From the NCBI GenBank assembly GCA_017420505.1, contig JAFOIY010000079.1, positions 1-45,555 on the forward strand: 45,555 bases of DNA, in the 5' to 3' direction. Positions within the stretch are counted from its first letter, which is position 1, and each line of letters begins with the position of its first letter. The stretch is from Solobacterium sp. Its GTDB lineage: Bacteria; Bacillota_I; Bacilli_A; Erysipelotrichales; Erysipelotrichaceae. Shown here piece after piece: positions 1 to 9,957 of the stretch. The position numbers and the translations under genes were made by a program. The notes beneath the pieces were generated by a model. The model did not search any database and had not been told where the DNA came from. It worked only from the letters and a program-made list of their open reading frames with translations.

Positions 1-368
1 GGAGCGATCAGGCTCAGCAGTGCCATGGTCTGCTTTGTGCTCAGACCGTTCTTCTTGGAGAGCTGGTTGACCGTCGCGGTCTGGTTCTGGCCGAGAATAT
101 GCGCCAGGATCTTGGCACCGTCCACGGTGTCCGCGTGAGCGATCTGCTGCGGTACGGACTGGGTGTTCGTGTGCTGTGTCAGTGCATTGAGCAGGGACAT
201 GGCGCCTGTTTCCGTGGATGCGTTGTTCTGCATCGACTGCAGGAGTACCGGCAGAGCGGAAGCGATGAGGCTGGCAGTCTGTTCCTTGGAGACGCCGGTT
301 TTCTGTGACAGAGTCGCAGTGGAGCCGGGAGAGGTCATGGAGTCCATGATCAGGTTAAAGAGATCCAT
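1..368 (-). CDS. DUF937 family protein, partial (runs off the left edge)
   Basis: Hand-translated minus frame absent from the ORF track: MDLFNLIMDSMTSPGSTATLSQKTGVSKEQTASLIASALPVLLQSMQNNAS...DGAKILAHILG...LLSLIAP. SD AGAAAGGA lies upstream (380-387) and TATAAT is on the minus strand at 418-423. The ALPxLL and DGxxILxHILG motifs recall DUF937. Confidence 0.75.
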   Translation of the reverse strand, partial: MDLFNLIMDSMTSPGSTATLSQKTGVSKEQTASLIASALPVLLQSMQNNASTETGAMSLLNALTQHTNTQSVPQQIAHADTVDGAKILAHILGQNQTATVNQLSKKNGLSTKQTMALLSLIA

Positions 369-466
369 AGGTGTGATTGTCCTTTCTGTATATATCCTTG
401 TATATATCTTTGATTCTATTATAACCGAAAAGAAACTGCGGATTGCACAGGAATGTAAGTCTGCTG

Positions 467-475
467 TGGTAAAAT
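467..475 (+). promoter_or_regulatory. Extended -10 element (TGgTAAAAT) for the M50 gene
   Basis: TG-n-TAAAAT ends 7 nt before the ATG at 483; no good SD. Confidence 0.45.
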
Positions 476-482
476 TGACGGG

Positions 483-1574
483 ATGAAGAAGTATCTGTAC
501 TATGCAGCGGTACTGGCAGGTACCATGATCTGTCTGGTGTGGGTGAACCTGAAGGTCAGGCTCATCAGTTTCGCGGATCCATTCGGACTGTATCTGGTGA
601 AGCTGTGCTGTACGGTTGTGGGATTCATCCTGTGCGAGCGGATCCAGATTGCGCTGCACGAGGGCGGCCATCTGATTGCCGGGCTGCTGAGCGGCTACCG
701 GTTCATCTCCTACCGGGTAGGCCGTATGATGTGGATGGTGCAGGACGGCAGGCTGGTGCGCAGGAACCTGAGCATCGCCGGTACTGCCGGGCAGTGCCTG
801 CTGGAGTATCCGGGCGATTACAGGGATATGCCGGTGGTGCTCTACAATCTCGGCGGGGTACTGATGAATCTCTTCAGTGCGCTGATCTTCCTGGCCCTGG
901 TGCCTGTCATCCGCTGGTATCCTCTGCAGGTGTTCTGCGGTCTGATGGGGGCGTGCGGGGTATTCCAGGCGCTGGTGAACGGGATCCCGTACCGGTCGAA
1001 GATCATTGCGAACGATGGGGCGAACCTGATGTCGCTGAGGAACAATCCGGCTGCGAGGTATGCCTTCCGCTCTGTCCTGGCGGTCAATGCCCGGCTCAGC
1101 GAGGGGCTGCCGTATCAGGAAATCCCGGATGAACTGTTCCGGAACAGTGCGGAAGGCAACAAGGATAATCCGCTCTGTGAATCCCTCCGGGTATCCCAGG
1201 CAGGCTGTCTGTTGGGCGCTGGAAGAAGGGAAGAAGCCAAGGCACTGATGCAGGAACTGGTGGACGGCGGCAGGATCCTCGGCCTGCATGCGGCAATGTT
1301 CCGGGCGGACCTGTACTGCCTGCACATGCTGGACAGAGAGGAAGTACCGGAGATCCTGGACGCAGACCGGAAGATCTATCTGCAGATGAAGGATGATCCG
1401 GCGATCATCCGTACCCTGTATGGCGAAGCACTGATGAAGAAGGATGAAGAGAACGCACGGAAGCTGAAGGAGCGGTTTGAACGGATTGCCGCTCAGTATC
1501 CGTACGTTCAGGATATAATGATGAACAGAACGATGATGGAAGATCTGGAAAGGCGGTGGGCGGACAGTGAGTGA
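483..1574 (+). CDS. M50 family (site-2-protease-like) membrane metallopeptidase
   Basis: HEGGH zinc motif next to TM segments, a downstream NDG motif, several hydrophobic helices and a helical C-terminal region. Confidence 0.75.
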   Translation: MKKYLYYAAVLAGTMICLVWVNLKVRLISFADPFGLYLVKLCCTVVGFILCERIQIALHEGGHLIAGLLSGYRFISYRVGRMMWMVQDGRLVRRNLSIAGTAGQCLLEYPGDYRDMPVVLYNLGGVLMNLFSALIFLALVPVIRWYPLQVFCGLMGACGVFQALVNGIPYRSKIIANDGANLMSLRNNPAARYAFRSVLAVNARLSEGLPYQEIPDELFRNSAEGNKDNPLCESLRVSQAGCLLGAGRREEAKALMQELVDGGRILGLHAAMFRADLYCLHMLDREEVPEILDADRKIYLQMKDDPAIIRTLYGEALMKKDEENARKLKERFERIAAQYPYVQDIMMNRTMMEDLERRWADSE

Positions 1575-2532
1575 TACGCTGTATTATGTAATACCCTGCT
1601 ACAACGAAGAGGCGGTTCTGCCGGAGACGGCAAAGCGTCTGGAAGAAAAAATGAACGATCTGATCCGCAGGGATGTCATCCGGCAGGACAGCCGGGTGGT
1701 CTTTGTGAACGATGGGTCCAAGGACAGTACCTGGGATGTCATTGTGCGCCTTCATGAAGGGAATCCGCTCTTCTCCGGCATCAATCTGTCCCGCAACCGC
1801 GGCCATCAGAACGCATTGCTGGCAGGCATGATGACCGTGGCGGAGTACGCGGACATGATCATATCGATGGACGCGGACCTGCAGGACGATATTCATGCCT
1901 GCGATGAGATGATCGCGAAGTACTACGAAGGCTGCGACATTGTCTACGGTGTACGCAGTTCGCGGAAGAAGGATACGTTCTTCAAGCGCTTTACGGCCCA
2001 GTCGTTCTACCGTACGATGGACCGTCTCGGGGCGAAGACCGTGTACAACCACGCAGACTACCGGCTGATGAGCCGCAGGGCCGTGCAGGCGCTGGGAGAG
2101 TTCCGTGAGGTCAATCTGTTCCTGAGGGGTATGGTGCCGCTGCTGGGCTTCCGTACGGATACGGTGTACTATGAGCGCGGAGAGCGTTTTGCGGGGGAAA
2201 GCAAGTATCCGCTGAAAAAGATGGTTTCCTTTGCGGTGGAGGGCATTACTTCCCTGTCGACGACACCGCTGCGGATGATCTCCTGGTCCGGGTTCTTCAT
2301 CTTCCTGGTCAGCCTGATCATTCTGGTCTATTCCCTGATCCGGCACTTTACCGGCCATACGGTCGTAGGCTGGACGTTCCTGGCGGTGTCCATCTGGGGT
2401 ATCGGCGGCCTGATCCTGCTGTCGCTCGGCATCATCGGGGAATACGTCGGGAAGATCTATCTGGAGACCAAGCAGCGTCCGCGGTACATTGTGGAGGAAT
2501 ACCTTGATGATGCTCATGGATACCGACTGTAA
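1567..2532 (+). CDS. Glycosyltransferase family 2 (GtrB/undecaprenyl-phosphate glycosyltransferase-like)
   Basis: VIPCYNEE, VNDGSKD, SRNRGHQNA, MDADLQD and RFAGESKY motifs; two C-terminal TM helices; IGEYVGKIY. Confidence 0.9.
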   Translation: MSDTLYYVIPCYNEEAVLPETAKRLEEKMNDLIRRDVIRQDSRVVFVNDGSKDSTWDVIVRLHEGNPLFSGINLSRNRGHQNALLAGMMTVAEYADMIISMDADLQDDIHACDEMIAKYYEGCDIVYGVRSSRKKDTFFKRFTAQSFYRTMDRLGAKTVYNHADYRLMSRRAVQALGEFREVNLFLRGMVPLLGFRTDTVYYERGERFAGESKYPLKKMVSFAVEGITSLSTTPLRMISWSGFFIFLVSLIILVYSLIRHFTGHTVVGWTFLAVSIWGIGGLILLSLGIIGEYVGKIYLETKQRPRYIVEEYLDDAHGYRL

Positions 2533-2539
2533 AATCCTG

Positions 2540-2568
2540 TTGTAAATCACAGAACAAAACTGTATAAT
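2540..2568 (+). promoter_or_regulatory. SigA-type promoter of rpsF-ssb-rpsR
   Basis: TTGTAA (2540-2545), 17 bp spacer, TATAAT (2563-2568). Confidence 0.8.
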
Positions 2569-2597
2569 CGTAGGGCGGGCAGACAGAAGATCTGTTC

Positions 2598-2638
2598 TGC
2601 TCCTTGCCGGAAACGGCCGTATAGACCAGAAGGAGGTG
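2598..2638 (+). promoter_or_regulatory. S6:S18 ribosomal protein leader (autoregulatory RNA)
   Basis: TGCTCCTTGCCGGAAACGGCCGTATAGACCAGAAGGAGGTG: CTCCTT pairs with the SD AAGGAG, there is an inner GCCG/CGGC hairpin, and the CCG motif typical of the Bacillota rpsF leader is present. Confidence 0.8.
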
Positions 2639-2645
2639 TACAAAA

Positions 2646-2960
2646 ATGAAAAAGTATGAAGTCATGTACATCATCAACGCGATGGTTGAGGAAGAGGACC
2701 GGAAGAATCTGATCGAGAATCTTGCGAAGATCATCACTGATGAAGGCGGAAAGGTCACAAAGACCGATGAGTGGGGCATGCGTGATTTTGCGTATCCCAT
2801 CGACCACATGACAAAGGGCTACTATGTCGTCGTCTCGTTTGAGGCAGAGAACGCAGCTGTGGCGGAGTTTGATCGTCTGATGGGCATCAATCCGAACGTA
2901 GTACGTTATCTGATCACCAGGGCGGAAGAGCTCGAAGCTTCTCAGGGAGCGAAGAAATGA
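2646..2960 (+). CDS. rpsF: 30S ribosomal protein S6
   Basis: MKKYEVMYII...WGMRDFAYPI...GYY...VVRYLI; synteny with ssb and rpsR. Confidence 0.97.
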   Translation: MKKYEVMYIINAMVEEEDRKNLIENLAKIITDEGGKVTKTDEWGMRDFAYPIDHMTKGYYVVVSFEAENAAVAEFDRLMGINPNVVRYLITRAEELEASQGAKK

Positions 2961-3430
2961 TCAACCGTGTTGTTCTTGTCGGACGCCTGACCAAGGACGT
3001 GGAAGTGCGCAAGACATCAGCCGGGCTATCCGTTGCGTCGTTCACCGTTGCGTGCGACAGACGGGGCAGCCGGGATCAGAACGGTCAGAAGACCACTGAT
3101 TTCATCAACTGCGTTGCCTGGCGCCAGACTGCGGATTTCCTGGGCCAGTATGCCCGCAAGGGTGCGCTGGTAGGCGTGGATGGAAAGATCCAGACAAGAA
3201 ACTATGATGACCGTGACGGGAAGAAAGTGTATGTGACGGAAGTGCTGGCGGACAGCGTACAGCTGCTGGAAAGCCGGAATGCGTCGCAGACCCGTCAGCC
3301 GCAGGACAATTACGGGTCCTATGACAACAGCTACGGACGCGGATACGGCACGTATGAAGAGCCGGTCAGCGCCGAGGACTTCAATACCGGACCCGCGCTG
3401 GACATTTCCAGCGATGACCTGCCGTTTTAA
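2957..3430 (+). CDS. ssb: Single-stranded DNA-binding protein
   Basis: MINRVVLVGRLTKD OB-fold, DFINCVAW, acidic C-terminal DDLPF. Confidence 0.97.
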   Translation: MINRVVLVGRLTKDVEVRKTSAGLSVASFTVACDRRGSRDQNGQKTTDFINCVAWRQTADFLGQYARKGALVGVDGKIQTRNYDDRDGKKVYVTEVLADSVQLLESRNASQTRQPQDNYGSYDNSYGRGYGTYEEPVSAEDFNTGPALDISSDDLPF

Positions 3431-3448
3431 GAGAAATGGAGTGAGATT

Positions 3449-3679
3449 ATGGCATACAAAAAGCAGAGAACAGGTGGAAGAAAGGTTTGCTACTTTACCA
3501 AGAACCACATCACGTATATTGATTACAAGGATGTCGAGCTTCTGAAAAAGTTCATTGCCCCGAACGGCAAGATTCTTCCGAGGCGTGTGACAGGCACAAA
3601 GGCAAAGTACCAGCGGATGCTGGCGGTTGCCATCAAGCGTGCCCGCCAGATGGCGCTTCTGCCTTACGTAGCAGACTGA
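3449..3679 (+). CDS. rpsR: 30S ribosomal protein S18
   Basis: KVCYF...[13 protein letters not shown]...[10 protein letters not shown]...[13 protein letters not shown]. Confidence 0.97.
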   Translation: MAYKKQRTGGRKVCYFTKNHITYIDYKDVELLKKFIAPNGKILPRRVTGTKAKYQRMLAVAIKRARQMALLPYVAD

Positions 3680-3705
3680 CCGTACTGAAACAGTACGGTT
3701 TTTTT
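3679..3705 (+). terminator. Intrinsic terminator after rpsR
   Basis: ACCGTACTG-AAA-CAGTACGGT followed by a T-run. Confidence 0.85.
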
Positions 3706-3706
3706 A

Positions 3707-3715
3707 TGCTATAAT
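3707..3715 (+). promoter_or_regulatory. Extended -10 (TGcTATAAT) for the yybS-gdpP operon
   Basis: Perfect TGnTATAAT just after the terminator and 33 nt before the yybS ATG. Confidence 0.65.
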
Positions 3716-3748
3716 ATTTGCATTACCTTCAGGGAAGATGTTTTTGTA

Positions 3749-4693
3749 ATGAGAAACGATGTAAGAAAACTGACAGACGGAGCCATGATGATGGCCATTG
3801 TGGGCGTCATCCTGATGATCAACCGGCAGACAGGCGGCCTGTTTGACGGTATGTTCATCTTTGCTTATCCGCTTCCGATGCTGTTCTACGCAGCGAAATA
3901 CGGGCTCAGGGATTCTCTGGTGACCTTTGCGGGAATCGTCCTGCTGTCGTTCATCCTGTCCACCCCGCAGATGATGTTCTATGTCGCGTCCGAGTCATTG
4001 ATCGGTCTGGTGTACGGGCAGGGTGTGCGCAGAAAGTCGGACAGGCACCGTCTGGTGATCATTACCTGCGTCATGGCTGTGGTGATCAATGTCGTGGATA
4101 CGCTGGTGCTGGCGAAGGTGTTCGGCTATGATCTGGCAGCGGAAGCGGTGGAGTATTCCCGGATCCTGACAGACGCACTGGTGAAGACCGGGCAGACGAT
4201 GGACGCGGGTGTGGATACGGCGCAGCTGTTCCTCAATGTCCTGATGACGTCGGTGGTGCTGACCGGTGCGCTGCAGGCGGTGGTGACGCATTTCCTGGCT
4301 GTGATCATGCTCCGGAGGCTTCACATAGATATGGCACCTTCGGTGTCGGTGGCGCAGTACTTTCCGCCGAAGTGGAGCGGATATCTGGGCATTGCAGGTT
4401 TCTTCATGTACATCTATTCCCTGAGGAACATGGTTGTGTCGGAAATGGTGCAGAATGTGATGCAGAGTGTGGGTATGGCCGGTGTGGTATACCTGTGCAT
4501 CTACGGAATGATTGCCATTATGGTGTTTCTTGCGGTGCGCAACGGCGGCAGGGGAAAGGCGATCTACGGGATCGCTGCACTGCTGGTTATGATGATTGCG
4601 GTGATGCCGGTGGCTATGCTGGGCTTCCTGTATATTACGACGGAATTCCATAAGAGAATGTTGGGAGATCACTATGCTGCAAAAACTCAATAA
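3749..4693 (+). CDS. YybS/DUF2232 family membrane protein
   Basis: Polytopic hydrophobic protein with a KLTDGAMM N-terminus, in the conserved position between rpsR and gdpP. Confidence 0.8.
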   Translation: MRNDVRKLTDGAMMMAIVGVILMINRQTGGLFDGMFIFAYPLPMLFYAAKYGLRDSLVTFAGIVLLSFILSTPQMMFYVASESLIGLVYGQGVRRKSDRHRLVIITCVMAVVINVVDTLVLAKVFGYDLAAEAVEYSRILTDALVKTGQTMDAGVDTAQLFLNVLMTSVVLTGALQAVVTHFLAVIMLRRLHIDMAPSVSVAQYFPPKWSGYLGIAGFFMYIYSLRNMVVSEMVQNVMQSVGMAGVVYLCIYGMIAIMVFLAVRNGGRGKAIYGIAALLVMMIAVMPVAMLGFLYITTEFHKRMLGDHYAAKTQ

Positions 4694-6656
4694 TACAATG
4701 AAGACGCTTCTGCTGTTCATTGCCGTGGAGGCAGTGCTGATCTTCGGCTATATGTTCTTTACGGGCAAGCAGGAGATGCTGATACCGGCCGTGCTGGTTG
4801 TCTTTGTGGAGTGCCTGATCGTCATCTATGCGTTCGAGCGCTTCCGGGCTTTGTCCGAGGAGAATTCCTCCGGCCTGGAGAACATGCTGGGCAGGGTTGC
4901 GGCAGAAGGCTATCTGTACGGCGGTGTCGGCCTGGTGACCTATGACAGCGACCACGTCATTACTGCCATGAGCGATCTGTTCAACCAGAGAGGGATCGAG
5001 CGCATCGGGATCAAGCTGCTGGAGTGGCTGCCGGAGTGCGAACGGCTGATCTCCAAGGGTGAAGAAACAGCGACGGTGGCGATCGGCGAAAGTCTGTTTG
5101 AAGTGACCCGGGTGGAGAACGAGCCGGTGCTGCTGTTCCGGGACATCAGTGCATTGGAGCGCTACCGGATGGCCTATCTGGAAGAGCGTCCGGTCATCGG
5201 TCTGGCGAACCTGGACAACTACGAAGAAAGTACGCAGTATGAAGATGAGTCCGTTGTATCGGCCATCAGTGTCGCTGTACGTTCGCCTTTGACGGAGTAC
5301 TGCCACGAGCACGGCATTCTGATCCGCAGGCTGAACAACTACCGGTACATGCTTCTGCTGAACGAGAAGATCTACAACGAGCTGAAGGAAGACCGTTTCT
5401 CCGTGCTGAACCGCGTACGCCGTTCGGCACAGAAGCAGGATGTTTCCGTTACACTGTCCCTGGCCTTTGCCAAGGGTACCAGCAACTATGAGGAACTGGA
5501 TGAAATGGCGACCGGACTGATGGATCTTGCCCAGTCCCGGGGCGGTGACCAGGTGGCTGTACAGACGGCCGGTGAGGAAGTCGAGTACTTCGGCGGTGCG
5601 TCGGAGGCGACGGAAAAGCGCAGCAGGGTCAGGGTGCGCGTTATGGCCCACACACTGCGTGAGCTGATTGTACGTTCGTCCAACGTGATTGTTGTCGGAC
5701 ATCGGGAACAGGATTTTGACTGTTTGGGCGCTGCCATCGGTGTCGCAGGCATTGCCCGCGCGCTGCGCCGGCCGGTCTGTGTGATCGAGCGCACCGGCGG
5801 TGTGGAAGAGAAGCTGAAGGCCGTCGTGGACAGCCGGTATGATGAGCTGGATGCCGGTCTGAACTTTGTAACGGAGAGCGAGGCGCTCAACCAACTGCAG
5901 TCCAAGAGTCTGGTGATTATGGTGGACCACCACAACATCCGTACCTCCAACGGTGCGAAGGTGCTGGAAGCGGCGAAGAAGGTCGTTGTGCTGGACCACC
6001 ACCGCAGGAGTACCGAAATGGGTGTCAAGCCGGTTCTGATGTACATTGAAGCCGGTGCGAGCAGCGCGGTGGAACTGATTACGGAGCTGATGCCGTACAT
6101 TACCAACCAGGTACGGCTCAGTGAACTGGAAGCTACGATCATGTTGGGCGGTATGATCGTGGATACGGATTTCTTCCGTGTACGGACCGGAGCGCGTACG
6201 TATGAGGCAGCGAGCTATCTGCGCAAGATGGGTGCGGATCCGGGCAAGGCCAACGATTTCCTGAAGGAAGACTATGATGAATTCATGCGCCGCAACAGCA
6301 TTATGATGATGGCGCAGAACTATACAGACCACATTCTGATCGTACCGGCGGAAGGAGTGCATGCCAGCCGTTCGATGATCTCGCAGGTGGCGGACCGCCT
6401 TCTGAAGGTGAAGAACGTCGATGCAGTGTTTGTGATCGCGGAGACCGGACCGGATGAGATTTCGGTCAGTGCACGCTCCAACGGACGGATCAATGTACAG
6501 GTTATCATGGAAGGTCTGGGCGGCGGCGGCCATATGACGGCTGCGGCTGTACAGCGGGCGAAGACGAATGTGGCGGATCTCAAGGGTGAGCTTGAGGCAA
6601 AGCTGAAAGTGTATTTGCAGGAGGAATCAGGATATGAAGGTAATACTGAAAACTGA
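4674..6656 (+). CDS. gdpP: Cyclic-di-AMP phosphodiesterase GdpP
   Basis: Two N-terminal TM helices, degenerate GGDEF (RGGDQV), GH..QDFDC, DHH motifs, DHHA1 GGGGH; upstream of rplI. Confidence 0.92.
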   Translation: MLQKLNNTMKTLLLFIAVEAVLIFGYMFFTGKQEMLIPAVLVVFVECLIVIYAFERFRALSEENSSGLENMLGRVAAEGYLYGGVGLVTYDSDHVITAMSDLFNQRGIERIGIKLLEWLPECERLISKGEETATVAIGESLFEVTRVENEPVLLFRDISALERYRMAYLEERPVIGLANLDNYEESTQYEDESVVSAISVAVRSPLTEYCHEHGILIRRLNNYRYMLLLNEKIYNELKEDRFSVLNRVRRSAQKQDVSVTLSLAFAKGTSNYEELDEMATGLMDLAQSRGGDQVAVQTAGEEVEYFGGASEATEKRSRVRVRVMAHTLRELIVRSSNVIVVGHREQDFDCLGAAIGVAGIARALRRPVCVIERTGGVEEKLKAVVDSRYDELDAGLNFVTESEALNQLQSKSLVIMVDHHNIRTSNGAKVLEAAKKVVVLDHHRRSTEMGVKPVLMYIEAGASSAVELITELMPYITNQVRLSELEATIMLGGMIVDTDFFRVRTGARTYEAASYLRKMGADPGKANDFLKEDYDEFMRRNSIMMMAQNYTDHILIVPAEGVHASRSMISQVADRLLKVKNVDAVFVIAETGPDEISVSARSNGRINVQVIMEGLGGGGHMTAAAVQRAKTNVADLKGELEAKLKVYLQEESGYEGNTEN

Positions 6657-7077
6657 TGTTAAGAAGGTCGGCAGGAAAGGCGAGATCGTGGAAGTATCGG
6701 ACGGCTACGCGCGCAATTTCCTGATTGCGAGAGGTCTGGCGGTTCCTTCCACGGACCGGAGTCTGGAGATTCTGGCCGAGCAGAAGGCGCAGGAGAAGGC
6801 CGAGGATGCCGCAAAGCGTGCAGAAGCGCAGCAGCTGGCGAAGGAGCTGGAAGACCGTTACTTTGACTTCTATGTCAAGGCCGGTGCGGACGGCAAGGTG
6901 TTCGGTTCGGTTTCCACCAAGCAGATCGCGGAAGAGCTCAGCCGGAACGGCATCAAGGTGGATAAGCGCAAGTTTGTGGATACTGAGCCGGTCGCGGCGC
7001 TCGGTGTAACCAAGGTCCGGGTGGATCTCTACAAAGGTGTGATCGGGACGGTCAACTGCCGCCTGAAGGAGAAATAG
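6634..7077 (+). CDS. rplI: 50S ribosomal protein L9
   Basis: MKVILKTDVKKVGRKGEIVEVSDGYARNFL; GKVFGSVSTKQI. Confidence 0.97.
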   Translation: MKVILKTDVKKVGRKGEIVEVSDGYARNFLIARGLAVPSTDRSLEILAEQKAQEKAEDAAKRAEAQQLAKELEDRYFDFYVKAGADGKVFGSVSTKQIAEELSRNGIKVDKRKFVDTEPVAALGVTKVRVDLYKGVIGTVNCRLKEK

Positions 7078-7078
7078 A

Positions 7079-8440
7079 ATGCCTGCGGGAATGATGCCTG
7101 CAGCGCCCGAAGCAGAAGCGAGCCTGCTGGGAACGATGATGCTGTATCCCTCTTCAGCGCGGATTGCGCTGGAGGAAGGGCTCAGCGAAGAGGATTTCTT
7201 CCAGGAAGCGAACCGGAAGATCTTTCTTGCGGTCGAATCGCTGTACCGGGAAGGCACCCATGTCGATCTGACGACGGTCGTGACAAGGCTGCGGGACCGG
7301 AACCAGCTGGATGCGGTCGGTGGCTTTGAGTATCTCAGCGCATTGAGTGAAGCGGCCGTTACCAGCGCCAACACCAAGGATTATGTAGAACTGGTCCACG
7401 AGAAAGCCGTGATGCGGAAGATGATCGAGGCAGCCCAGCAGATCATGCAGGACGGCTTCGAAGGCCAGAGTGATGTGGATGGCTACCTGGACGGGGCGGA
7501 AAAAGCCGTACTGGAAATCTCCAGAGGAAGACGGACCGCGCCGTTCCTGACACCGGACGAAGTCTTTTCCAGTGTACTGACCAAAGTACGGAAGATGAGT
7601 GAGAGCGGTTCGACGATTACCGGACTCGGTTCAGGGTTCCGGGACTTCGACCGGATCACGCACGGTTTCCAGCGGGGGGATCTGGTGATTCTGGCAGCCC
7701 GTCCTTCCATGGGAAAGACAGCCGTTGCGCTGAACATGGCACTGCAGACAGCGGACCGCAACCGCAATGAAGGAGCTGTAGCGATCTTCTCGCTGGAGCA
7801 GCCCGCTGAACAGATCGGCATGCGTCTGCTCAGTGCCAGAAGCCGGGTGGACGGCGATCACATCAAGATCGGACGCCTGAGCAATGATGAATGGAATGCG
7901 GTCAATGAAGCGACCGTGGATCTGAAGAATCTGAATCTTTACATTGAAGACTCCTCAACGATCAAAGTGCCGGAGATGTTCAGCAAATGCAGACAGCTGC
8001 AGGCGGATAAGGGACTGGCTATGGTCGTGGTGGACTACCTCCAGCTTATTACCGGTTCCTCCCGCGGACGGGATGTGAACCGCCAGCAGGAAGTATCCGA
8101 TATCTCCCGGAGCCTGAAGGCATTGGCCAGAGAACTGAATGTTCCTGTCCTGGCGCTTTCCCAGCTGTCCCGAGGCGTAGAGTCCCGCACGGACAAACGG
8201 CCGATGCTCAGCGACCTGCGTGAATCCGGTGCGATCGAGCAGGACGCGGACATTGTACTGATGCTGTACCGGGAAGCGTATTATAACGAAGAAGCCAGAA
8301 CACAGGCGCAGGAGAACAACTCCGAACAGCTGGAAGTCATCATCGCCAAGCACAGAAACGGTGAAACAGGAAGGTTCTTCCTGGCCTTTGAAGGCGCTAC
8401 GAATGCCTGCATGAACTATGCAGCGCCGTACAGCGGGTGA
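7079..8440 (+). CDS. dnaB: Replicative DNA helicase
   Basis: Walker A AARPSMGKT, VVVDYLQL, LSQLSR, SDLRESGAIEQDAD, IIAKHRNG. Confidence 0.96.
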   Translation: MPAGMMPAAPEAEASLLGTMMLYPSSARIALEEGLSEEDFFQEANRKIFLAVESLYREGTHVDLTTVVTRLRDRNQLDAVGGFEYLSALSEAAVTSANTKDYVELVHEKAVMRKMIEAAQQIMQDGFEGQSDVDGYLDGAEKAVLEISRGRRTAPFLTPDEVFSSVLTKVRKMSESGSTITGLGSGFRDFDRITHGFQRGDLVILAARPSMGKTAVALNMALQTADRNRNEGAVAIFSLEQPAEQIGMRLLSARSRVDGDHIKIGRLSNDEWNAVNEATVDLKNLNLYIEDSSTIKVPEMFSKCRQLQADKGLAMVVVDYLQLITGSSRGRDVNRQQEVSDISRSLKALARELNVPVLALSQLSRGVESRTDKRPMLSDLRESGAIEQDADIVLMLYREAYYNEEARTQAQENNSEQLEVIIAKHRNGETGRFFLAFEGATNACMNYAAPYSG

Positions 8441-8448
8441 GACAGTCC

Positions 8449-9957
8449 ATGAAGAAACTGCTTGCTGTAATCCTCAGTCTGATTGCCGCGGTTGCCATCG
8501 CGGTTTTTGTGCCGTTCTCCTACCGTACGGACGGAGAGGGACAGACGGACGGTATTGTTGCCCAGGAAGTCCTGGAAATCCGTTCCGATCCCGCACCGGT
8601 GTGGAAGGTCTACAGCAGCGGTGAACTCGTCGGTGTTCTGAAGGACCGGACCAGTCTGGACCGGTTCCTTAAAAAGGTCTACAAGGAAGACTATGAAGCG
8701 GACTATCCCGACGCTTCCCTGTCTCTCGGCAAGGATGTCTATCTGGCCCAGGAACAGACCAATATGGTCTATGAAGACAAGGATGAAGAGATTCTGGAAT
8801 GGTTGCGGAAGAACAGGCTGTTCACCGTTTCCTGTACATCTGTCCAGTTTTCGGATGAAAACGGCGTCTATGCGGAAATCTATGTCCTCAATGAAGCGAT
8901 GTACCAGGAAGCGATGAACGAGTATCTCTCACTGTTCCTGTCCAGGGAAGAACTGACGCTGCTGATGAACGGTCAGCAGACACAGGCGCTCCGGACCTAC
9001 GGGTCCCGGGCGGTGGGTATTTCCGTCCTGCAGACGATTACTGTTTCCGATGCGTACGCACCGGTGGAGGAGATCCTGCAGACCAAGGAAGCCATTCTGG
9101 ACTACATTGAGTATTCCGGCAATACGGACCGGGAGTACTATACGGTGCAGAAATACGATACGGTAGCCGGTGTAGGCTCCAAGAACAACGGTCTGTCTGC
9201 GACCCAGGTCATGAACATCAACCGGGACAAGATTCTTTCCACGGACCAGATCCTGGCGGAAGGGGAAGAACTGTGCGTGACGTACTTTACCCCGATCATC
9301 GATGTTGTGGTGCGGATGGAGAGCATGCGCAAGGAGACCATTTTCGCGGAGACGGTGTATACCGAGGACAATACGATGCGCATGGGGGTACAGGAGGAAC
9401 TGCAGGCCGGTGTCAACGGTTCGAAGAACTCGCTGTATTCCGAGCGCTGGATCAACGGTGTTCTGGTGTCCGGTGAACTGATTTCCAGTGTGGATACTGC
9501 CCAGCCGGTCAATCAGGTCATTGCGGTCGGTACACTGGAGATTCCCGGTGTCGGCACAGGCCAGTACCGGTGGCCGGTGGACAATCCGCTGATTACCTGC
9601 GGATGGGGATGCTATACCATCCCGCATTTCCATCTGGCCATCGATGTAGTCAACCGGTATGAACGCTACGGGAAGATCTATGCAGCGGACCGTGGTGTCA
9701 TTGCGGTCAATTCCTACGACGGCATCAGCGGCAACTATGTGTTCATCGACCACAACAATGGTATGATGACCTACTACGGCCATATGAACATGCCCAGCCC
9801 GCTGCCGGTCGGCACCATCGTGGACAAGGGTGATGTCATCGGCCAGATCGGTATGACCGGAAGAGCCAGCGGACCGCATACACATTTCTACATCATGATC
9901 GACGGGAAGGAAATCAATCCCTGTGATGGATATCTGGACTGCGAGGCGATCAAATGA
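8449..9957 (+). CDS. M23 family peptidoglycan endopeptidase with LysM and G5 domains
   Basis: Signal/TM anchor MKKLLAVIL; LysM-like YYTVQKYDTV; G5-like segment ending VIAVGT; M23 motifs HLAID, YYGH and TGRASGPHTHF. Alternative start at 8437. Confidence 0.88.
   Translation: MKKLLAVILSLIAAVAIAVFVPFSYRTDGEGQTDGIVAQEVLEIRSDPAPVWKVYSSGELVGVLKDRTSLDRFLKKVYKEDYEADYPDASLSLGKDVYLAQEQTNMVYEDKDEEILEWLRKNRLFTVSCTSVQFSDENGVYAEIYVLNEAMYQEAMNEYLSLFLSREELTLLMNGQQTQALRTYGSRAVGISVLQTITVSDAYAPVEEILQTKEAILDYIEYSGNTDREYYTVQKYDTVAGVGSKNNGLSATQVMNINRDKILSTDQILAEGEELCVTYFTPIIDVVVRMESMRKETIFAETVYTEDNTMRMGVQEELQAGVNGSKNSLYSERWINGVLVSGELISSVDTAQPVNQVIAVGTLEIPGVGTGQYRWPVDNPLITCGWGCYTIPHFHLAIDVVNRYERYGKIYAADRGVIAVNSYDGISGNYVFIDHNNGMMTYYGHMNMPSPLPVGTIVDKGDVIGQIGMTGRASGPHTHFYIMIDGKEINPCDGYLDCEAIK

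Noticed and set aside
99-486. Plus-strand ORFs 99-308 and 163-486
   Set aside because: They are antisense to the better-supported DUF937 frame, which has an SD and a promoter.
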